NCBI GenBank assembly: GCA_027010265.1
Contig: JALVCE010000122.1
Location: forward strand, 681-64,680
Origin: Chromatiales bacterium
GTDB taxonomy: Bacteria; Pseudomonadota; Gammaproteobacteria; SZUA-152
DNA: 64,000 bases
Direction: 5' to 3'
A model generated the notes under the pieces. That model searched no databases. It was not told the DNA's origin and was given only the letters and a program-made list of their open reading frames with translations. Position numbers and translations under genes: made by a program. This document shows, piece by piece, positions 58,075 through 64,000 of this stretch (its first letter is position 1; each line of letters begins with the position of its first letter).

Positions 58075-59680
58075 GCATTTTCTTTTTCTGGTCTTCCTTC
58101 TTGCCCGTCTCCCGGGCAGGGCGATAGTTTCTGTCCTGTTGCTGGGCTTATGTCTGACCCCGCTGGCCGAGGCGGGTGTTAGTCCCCTGGAGAGGATGGA
58201 GGGTTTGGTGATGCCGGGCAAGGTCATCAAGCGCCATGCAAAATTTGAAAAGAAATGTGACAAATGTCACTCCGGGTTTGACCGCATGAAGCAAAGCGGG
58301 CAATGCAGGGATTGCCACAAGGCCATCGCCACGGACATCAAAAAAAGCCGTGGCTTTCACGGCAAGATTCCCCGCATCAAGGAGCGTGAATGCCGCACCT
58401 GCCACTCGGAGCATCTGGGACGCGATGCGGACATCGTGCAGCTGGATAAAGAATTATTCGACCACAATAAAACCGAGTTCAAGCTGGCCGGCGCCCATGT
58501 TTCGCTTGATTGCAACGAGTGCCACAAGAAGGTAGGCGTTTACCGTCAGCCGGAGCGCCATTGTTCCGATTGTCACGAGTCGGACGAGCCCCACAAGCAG
58601 CGTATGGGCAAGAAGTGCGAAAACTGCCACATCGAAGGCGCCTGGCTGCCGGCCTTTTTTGATCATTCCAACACCAAGTTCAAGCTGCGAAATGCGCATC
58701 GCGAATCGGCCTGTTTCAACTGCCATGTCAATGAGCGTTATGACGACACACCTCGCAATTGCTACTTTTGTCACCATCTCGATGATGTGCATAACGGGGA
58801 TCGCGGGATTCGCTGTCACGATTGCCATACCGACGAGCGCTGGTCGCAGATTCTTTTCGATCATGAAAAAGATACGGATTTTCCCCTCAGGGGTGGCCAT
58901 GCGCGGCTCATTTGCAAGGATTGTCACCAAGGACACATCTTTGAGGATGAGGTAAAAACCACCTGCTACGGCTGTCACGAAAAGCATGACGTACATTTCA
59001 AGCGTTATGGCAAGCGCTGCGATGTGTGTCACACAGAGAAGAACTGGATCGAGATTGATTTTGATCATGAGGTGGATACCAGCTTCCCGCTCAAGGGCAA
59101 ACACAAGGATTTAAGTTGCGCCGTCTGTCACCGGGAGGTGTTGTTCGAGGAACAGACCCCCAATACCTGTTCCGACTGTCATCGCCTGGATGACGCCCAT
59201 GAGGGTCAGGAAGGGGAGCAGTGTGAGCAATGTCATAATGAAAAAGGCTGGACCGAGCAGGTGGTTTTTGATCATGACATTACCAAGTTCCCCCTCCTGG
59301 AATCCCATATTTTGCTGACTTGCGAGGATTGCCATGCCTCGAATAAATTCAAGGAAGCCAAGGTGGCGTGTACTTCCTGCCATGAAGGCGATGATGTACA
59401 CGAGCAAAAACTGGGGGAACAGTGCGAACTTTGTCACCAGCCGTCTCACTGGATGGCCTGGGACTTTGATCACAACGAATTGACGGATTTCCCACTGGAT
59501 GGCAAGCACGAAGGCCTGGATTGCCATGCCTGCCACACCGAGCCGGTGGATGAAGAAATCGAATTGCCGAAGAACTGCTACGGGTGCCACGAAAAGGACG
59601 ATGTGCACAATACCCAGTTGGGCAAGCGCTGCGAAACCTGCCACATCACGGAGTCATTCAAAGAGATCAAGATCAAGTAG
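58049..59680 (+). CDS. 21-haem c-type cytochrome built from c7-like trihaem modules
   Basis: Signal peptide, 21 CXXCH motifs, and six FDH-x(4-6)-F-x-L-x-G/S-x-H-x4-CXXCH repeats. Overlaps the upstream gene by 26 nt. Confidence 0.9.
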   Translation: MFLRCTGIKHFLFLVFLLARLPGRAIVSVLLLGLCLTPLAEAGVSPLERMEGLVMPGKVIKRHAKFEKKCDKCHSGFDRMKQSGQCRDCHKAIATDIKKSRGFHGKIPRIKERECRTCHSEHLGRDADIVQLDKELFDHNKTEFKLAGAHVSLDCNECHKKVGVYRQPERHCSDCHESDEPHKQRMGKKCENCHIEGAWLPAFFDHSNTKFKLRNAHRESACFNCHVNERYDDTPRNCYFCHHLDDVHNGDRGIRCHDCHTDERWSQILFDHEKDTDFPLRGGHARLICKDCHQGHIFEDEVKTTCYGCHEKHDVHFKRYGKRCDVCHTEKNWIEIDFDHEVDTSFPLKGKHKDLSCAVCHREVLFEEQTPNTCSDCHRLDDAHEGQEGEQCEQCHNEKGWTEQVVFDHDITKFPLLESHILLTCEDCHASNKFKEAKVACTSCHEGDDVHEQKLGEQCELCHQPSHWMAWDFDHNELTDFPLDGKHEGLDCHACHTEPVDEEIELPKNCYGCHEKDDVHNTQLGKRCETCHITESFKEIKIK

Positions 59681-59929
59681 GCGGATCCTGGGGTTGGTTA
59701 TGGGTAGTAACCACGTGCTTTCTACGGTTAATTCGCCCCCGGTGGGACTCGTCTGCCGGGTGTAATTAGCCTATAGTATAAACCTACAATAATACTCGGA
59801 AATGAGGCGGTGTCCGGCGTTTCAGCAAGAGCCGGACGCCTGTGGGTCGAGGCCTGCTGTGTGGCCTTGTGTGCAACAGGATGTAACACAACGTAGGGGG
59901 TAGGCAGTATCAGGGTAGATGCTGTCAAA

Positions 59930-62900
59930 ATGTTGGGTAATCAGGGAGTGGGGCGGTCTGTTTCTGGCCGGCTGGGGATGCTGTTGTGCCTGCTGTTTAT
60001 GGTTATCTTTTCAGCTCCCCTCAGTGCTGCTGTGGTGCCTGATGTTTCGACCTTTGATCACCTGGTTACGGGTTTTCCTCTCGAAGGCCAACATGACATC
60101 ATCGATTGCGAGGCCTGCCACATCGGTGGTGTATTCGAGGTTCTGCCCACCCAGTGCGAGGCCTGTCATGATGGCATACTGGCCATTGGTCAGCCCCCTA
60201 CGCATATTCCCACCCTGGTTTCCTGTGACACCTGCCACAATGCGGTGGGCTTTGCCTTTTCCGCCACCATGGATCACAGCATCATCGGTGATACGACGTG
60301 TGAAACCTGCCATGATGGTGTCAGTGCCACCGGCCTGTCGCCCACGCATATTCCCACCAGCTTGAGCTGCGGCACCTGCCATGTCACCAGTACCTGGTTG
60401 ATAGCGGCGTTCGATCACTCCCTGGTGCAGGAACAGTCGTGCAGTGATTGCCACAACGGCACCTTTGCCACGGGCAAGCATGCGGCGCACATCAACACTA
60501 CGGATGTCTGCGAAAGCTGCCACACCAGTGTGGCCTGGGTGCCGGTGATTGTGGTGGACCATGCCCAGGTGCTGGGTAGCTGCGAAAGTTGCCATGATGG
60601 GTTGATCGCCAGGGGCAAGGGAGTGAATCATGTGCCAACCACTCTGGCCTGTGATACCTGCCATACGGTGAACAACTGGACGGTAGGTGTGTTCGATCAC
60701 TCCACCACCAGCGAGGCCTGTTACACCTGTCACAACGGCACCATCGCCACAGGGGTGAGCGCCAGCCACATCGCCACCACCAAGCAGTGCGATGCCTGTC
60801 ACCTGACCAACCTGTGGGTGCCGGTGTCCACTGTGGATCACGCACAGGTGCTGGGCAGTTGTGTGTCCTGTCACGACGGTGTGGTGGCCACGGGCAAGAA
60901 CCCCACGCACATCGACAGCTCGGATCTCTGCGAGACCTGCCACAGCGCCGAGCTGTGGATTCCCGCCACCACGGTGGATCACGGGCAGGTGAATGGCAGC
61001 TGCGCGAGTTGTCACGACGGTGTGATTGCCAGGGGCAAGGGCGCGACACACATTCCCACCACCGCGGCCTGCGAGCTTTGTCACACGGTCAACGACTGGC
61101 TGGTGGGCGCCTTCGATCACACCGGCATCACCGAGCCCTGCGCAACCTGCCACGATGGCGTCTCGGCGTCGGGCAAGGGCGCAACCCACATCAACACCAC
61201 GGATGTTTGCGAGGCCTGCCATGGGGTCACGGCCTGGGTGCCGGTGAATCCGTTGACGGATCACGCGCAGGTCATCGGCACCTGTGAGAGTTGCCACGAT
61301 GGCGTCATCGCCACCGGCAAGGGCATCAACCACATACCCACCACGGCGGCCTGCGAAGTGTGCCATAGCACCACGGACTGGCTTGTGGCGGTGTTCGATC
61401 ACACCACCACCACGGATGCGTGCGAAACCTGCCATGACGGCACCCTCGCTACCGGCAAAAATGCCACGCATATTCTCACCAGCGATGTGTGTGCCGCCTG
61501 TCATAACGACAGCGGCTGGGTGCCGGCCACCACCGTGGATCACAACGAAACCAAGGGCACCTGCCAGAGCTGTCACGATGGGGTGATCGCCACCGGCAAG
61601 ACCGACAAGACCGGCAGCCACATCAACACCACGGAAGTGTGCAACGCCTGTCACTCGCCGGTGGGCTGGTTGCCGGTGACGCTGGTAGACCATGCCGAAG
61701 TTATCGGCACCTGCGAATCCTGTCACGACGGGGTGAGCGCCAGGGGAGTGGGGCCGACGCACATTCCCACTACCGAGGCCTGCGATGTTTGCCACACGAC
61801 CGTGGACTGGACCGTGGCCGCGTTCGATCACAGCGGCGTGACTGCCGCCTGTATCAGTTGTCATGACGGTGTAACGGCAAGTGGTAAGCTCTCTTTGAGT
61901 GGCGTCCATATCGATACCAGCGACCTGTGTGAAGCCTGCCACGGCACGGCGGCCTGGTCGCCGGCCACGGCGGTGGACCACAACGAAGTGGTGGGTACCT
62001 GCCAGAGTTGTCACGACGGGGTGATCGCCTCGGGCAAGGGCGCCACGCATATTCTCACCAGTGACCTGTGCAACGCCTGCCATGTGTCCACCGCCTGGGT
62101 GCCCGCCACCACGGTGGATCACAACGAAACCCAGGGCACCTGCCAGAGCTGTCACGACGGCGTCATCGCCACCGGCAAGACCGATACCCACATCAACAGC
62201 TCGGATCAGTGCAACGCCTGCCACGCGCCCACCGGTGGCTGGGTGCCCACCATTGCGGTGGATCACAACGAGGTGATCGGCGTCTGCGCCTCCTGCCACG
62301 ACGGGGTGATCGCCACCGGTGTTGGCCCGACCCACGTGCCCACCACCGAGCCCTGCGATGTCTGCCACACCACGGTGGACTGGACGGTGCCGGCCTTTGA
62401 TCATTCCACCACCACTGCGGCCTGTATCAGTTGTCACGACGGCACTGTTGCTACAGGCATGAGCGCCACCCATATCAGCACCTCGAATCTCTGCGAGGCC
62501 TGTCATGTGGATACGGCGTGGATTCCCGCCAGCGCCGTGGATCACAACGAGATCACCACCGTGGGAGTGTGCGAGGCCTGCCATGACGGGGTGATCGCCA
62601 GCGACAAGTCCGCCACGCATATTCTCACCAGCGACGTGTGCGCCGCCTGTCACACGGTCACCGCCTGGGTGCCGGTGACCACGGTGGATCACAACGAGAC
62701 CCAGGGCATTTGCCAGAGTTGCCACGACGGCGTCATCGCCACCGGCAAGACGGACAAGACCGGCAGCCACCTCAACACCACGGAACAATGCAACGCCTGC
62801 CACTCGCCGGTGGGCTGGCTGCCGGTTACCCGGGTGGATCACAACGAGGTCATCGGCAGCTGCGAGTCTTGTCATGACGGCGTGCTGGCCACGGGCAAGG

Positions 62901-64000
62901 GACCCACCCACGTGCCCACGGTGGAGGCCTGCGAAGTGTGTCACCTGGTGACCACCTGGCTGGTGCCCAGCTTCGATCACAGCACCACCACGGACACCTG
63001 CATCACCTGTCACGATGGCATAACGGCAACTGGGAAATCAGCCAGCCACATCAACAGCAGCGATGTGTGCGAGGCCTGTCATTCGAGCCTGGTCTGGGCG
63101 CCGGTGGATCCGCTGGTGGATCATGCCCAGGTGCTGGGCAGTTGCGAGAGTTGCCACGACGGGGTGATCGCCACCGGCAAGGGCGCCACCCATGTGCCCA
63201 CGGTGGAGCCCTGCGAGGTGTGCCACTCCACCACCAACTGGTTCGTCACCGCCTTTGATCACAGCACCACCACGGACACCTGCATCACCTGCCACGACGG
63301 GGTCAGCGCCTCGGGCAAGGGGCCAACCCACATTCGCAGCAGCGATCTCTGCGAGGCCTGTCATAACAACACGGCCTGGGCGCCGGCCACGGCGGTGGAT
63401 CACAACGAGACCATGGGCACCTGCCAGAGTTGTCACGACGGGGTGATCGCCACGGGCAAGAACGCCACCCACATCGACACCAGCAACGTGTGCAATGCCT
63501 GTCACTCGCCCATCGGCTGGGTGCCGGTGACTACTGTGGATCACGCCCAGGTGAACGGCCTGTGCACCGCCTGCCACGACGGGGTCATTGCCACCGGCAT
63601 GGGCCCCACCCACGTGGCCACCAGCGCACCCTGCGATACCTGCCACACCACGGACAACTGGCTGGTGCCGTTGTTTGATCACAGCACCACCACCGACACT
63701 TGTATCACTTGCCATGATGGCATAACGGCCACCGGCAAGTCGGCCACCCATATCGACACCTCCGATGTGTGCGAGGCCTGTCACGTGGATACCGCGTGGA
63801 TCCCCGCCAGCGCGGTGGATCACACTGAAATCACCAATGTGGCGGTGTGCGAGGCCTGCCACGATGGCGTGATTGCCGTGGGTAAAGGCACAACACATAT
63901 CAACACCAGCGACATCTGCAACAGCTGCCATACCCCGGCGGCCTGGGCGCCGGCCAGTGCGGTGGATCACAACGAGGTGCAGGGCACCTGCCAGTCATGC
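59930..64000 (+). CDS. giant multihaem c-type cytochrome, 5' part only (open at window end)
   Basis: The + frame (codon starts congruent to 2 mod 3) has no stop from 59897 to 64000; I checked it codon by codon. Signal-like MLGNQGVGRSVSGRLGMLLCLLFMVIFSAPLSAA. 55 complete CXXCH motifs plus one cut by the window edge, in ~47-aa units. Absent from the ORF track because it has no in-window stop. Confidence 0.85.
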   Translation, partial: MLGNQGVGRSVSGRLGMLLCLLFMVIFSAPLSAAVVPDVSTFDHLVTGFPLEGQHDIIDCEACHIGGVFEVLPTQCEACHDGILAIGQPPTHIPTLVSCDTCHNAVGFAFSATMDHSIIGDTTCETCHDGVSATGLSPTHIPTSLSCGTCHVTSTWLIAAFDHSLVQEQSCSDCHNGTFATGKHAAHINTTDVCESCHTSVAWVPVIVVDHAQVLGSCESCHDGLIARGKGVNHVPTTLACDTCHTVNNWTVGVFDHSTTSEACYTCHNGTIATGVSASHIATTKQCDACHLTNLWVPVSTVDHAQVLGSCVSCHDGVVATGKNPTHIDSSDLCETCHSAELWIPATTVDHGQVNGSCASCHDGVIARGKGATHIPTTAACELCHTVNDWLVGAFDHTGITEPCATCHDGVSASGKGATHINTTDVCEACHGVTAWVPVNPLTDHAQVIGTCESCHDGVIATGKGINHIPTTAACEVCHSTTDWLVAVFDHTTTTDACETCHDGTLATGKNATHILTSDVCAACHNDSGWVPATTVDHNETKGTCQSCHDGVIATGKTDKTGSHINTTEVCNACHSPVGWLPVTLVDHAEVIGTCESCHDGVSARGVGPTHIPTTEACDVCHTTVDWTVAAFDHSGVTAACISCHDGVTASGKLSLSGVHIDTSDLCEACHGTAAWSPATAVDHNEVVGTCQSCHDGVIASGKGATHILTSDLCNACHVSTAWVPATTVDHNETQGTCQSCHDGVIATGKTDTHINSSDQCNACHAPTGGWVPTIAVDHNEVIGVCASCHDGVIATGVGPTHVPTTEPCDVCHTTVDWTVPAFDHSTTTAACISCHDGTVATGMSATHISTSNLCEACHVDTAWIPASAVDHNEITTVGVCEACHDGVIASDKSATHILTSDVCAACHTVTAWVPVTTVDHNETQGICQSCHDGVIATGKTDKTGSHLNTTEQCNACHSPVGWLPVTRVDHNEVIGSCESCHDGVLATGKGPTHVPTVEACEVCHLVTTWLVPSFDHSTTTDTCITCHDGITATGKSASHINSSDVCEACHSSLVWAPVDPLVDHAQVLGSCESCHDGVIATGKGATHVPTVEPCEVCHSTTNWFVTAFDHSTTTDTCITCHDGVSASGKGPTHIRSSDLCEACHNNTAWAPATAVDHNETMGTCQSCHDGVIATGKNATHIDTSNVCNACHSPIGWVPVTTVDHAQVNGLCTACHDGVIATGMGPTHVATSAPCDTCHTTDNWLVPLFDHSTTTDTCITCHDGITATGKSATHIDTSDVCEACHVDTAWIPASAVDHTEITNVAVCEACHDGVIAVGKGTTHINTSDICNSCHTPAAWAPASAVDHNEVQGTCQSC

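Noticed and set aside
59919-60365. 148-aa plus-strand ORF offered by the track at the start of the repeat region, together with the other short plus-strand ORFs between 60787 and 63678.
   Set aside because: These are off-frame readings of the giant gene and give Cys/Trp/Pro/Arg-rich nonsense. The real frame is the one starting at 59930.
60011-63013. 1000-aa minus-strand ORF, the longest ORF in the track; Gly/His/Val/Ala/Arg-rich.
   Set aside because: It is the in-register reverse complement of the plus-strand multihaem gene. It stays open only because sense TTA, CTA and TCA codons are nearly absent. It has no signal peptide, domain or periodic motif of its own. The plus frame has a signal peptide and 55 regularly spaced CXXCH motifs.
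63038-63970. 310-aa minus-strand ORF continuing the same antisense frame.
   Set aside because: Same reasoning as for the 1000-aa ORF. It is bounded by a sense TCA codon at 63038-63040.
60000-64000. Possible CRISPR array or non-coding tandem repeat, suggested by the regular ~141-nt periodicity.
   Set aside because: The periodicity is a protein repeat in an uninterrupted reading frame with strong third-position bias. There are no identical short direct repeats separated by unique spacers. The dispersed MITE hairpins elsewhere are also not arrayed.
1-64000. Looked for prophage, integrase or transposase genes, toxin-antitoxin pairs, restriction-modification or other recognisable defence genes, and for tRNA or rRNA genes.
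   Set aside because: No ORF showed the corresponding motifs (no integrase R-H-R-Y context, DDE transposase, nuclease/methylase pairs, or cas genes). I saw no cloverleaf-like tRNA sequence. The mobile DNA here is non-autonomous only.

Overview
This is a high-GC, gammaproteobacterium-like chromosomal window. The taxonomic guess is an inference from three things: pepA-holC divergent from lptF-lptG as in E. coli, CTGT-N8-ACAG LexA boxes, and a truncated sox system. All gene names come from motifs I read in the translations, because no database search was possible. Note that the ORF track translates alternative start codons as M and lists only ORFs closed by a stop. In this GC3-rich DNA it is also full of long antisense shadow ORFs.

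Gene content by region:
- 43-8229: MFS permease, a methyltransferase, a CHASE2-type Ser/Thr kinase + PP2C phosphatase + FHA triad, a CYTH protein and an orphan family-5 solute-binding protein.
- 9227-12898: a visibly AT-richer island with a CHASE-type histidine kinase, an ABC_sub_bind-like periplasmic protein and a eukaryote-like PAPS sulfotransferase.
- 13017-19687: L,D-transpeptidase, sucrose-phosphate synthase/phosphatase + fructokinase, a YhcB-like protein, and lexA with two SOS boxes and a coupled 55-codon ORF.
- 20090-40065: a LemA/GIDE pair, an RluA-family pseudouridine synthase, valS, hexose-6-P mutarotase, two methyltransferases, transaldolase, recQ, a GGDEF-EAL protein, holC, pepA and lptFG.
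- 40415-47445: soxB and soxXYZA (no soxCD in the window), a BepA-like M48/TPR protease, and tusA + a dsrE-like gene.
- 47554-54384: two divergent FadL-family porins, an exported unknown protein, and a periplasmic ankyrin protein divergent from a Sel1-repeat protein.
- 54405-64000, the most interesting part: a membrane-anchored FeS-flavoprotein, a TPR protein, a 5-TM protein with two H-x13-H motifs (putative di-haem b), a 21-haem c7-type cytochrome, and a giant + strand gene. The giant gene runs off the window end and is absent from the ORF track. Within the window it has 1,357 codons and 55 complete CXXCH motifs.

Three dispersed repeat families are present:
- a ~220-bp MITE-like element in six same-orientation copies;
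- a 205-bp element with 18-bp terminal inverted repeats (TIRs) and 9-bp direct repeats;
- REP-like palindromic units.

I saw no rRNA gene, tRNA gene or CRISPR array.
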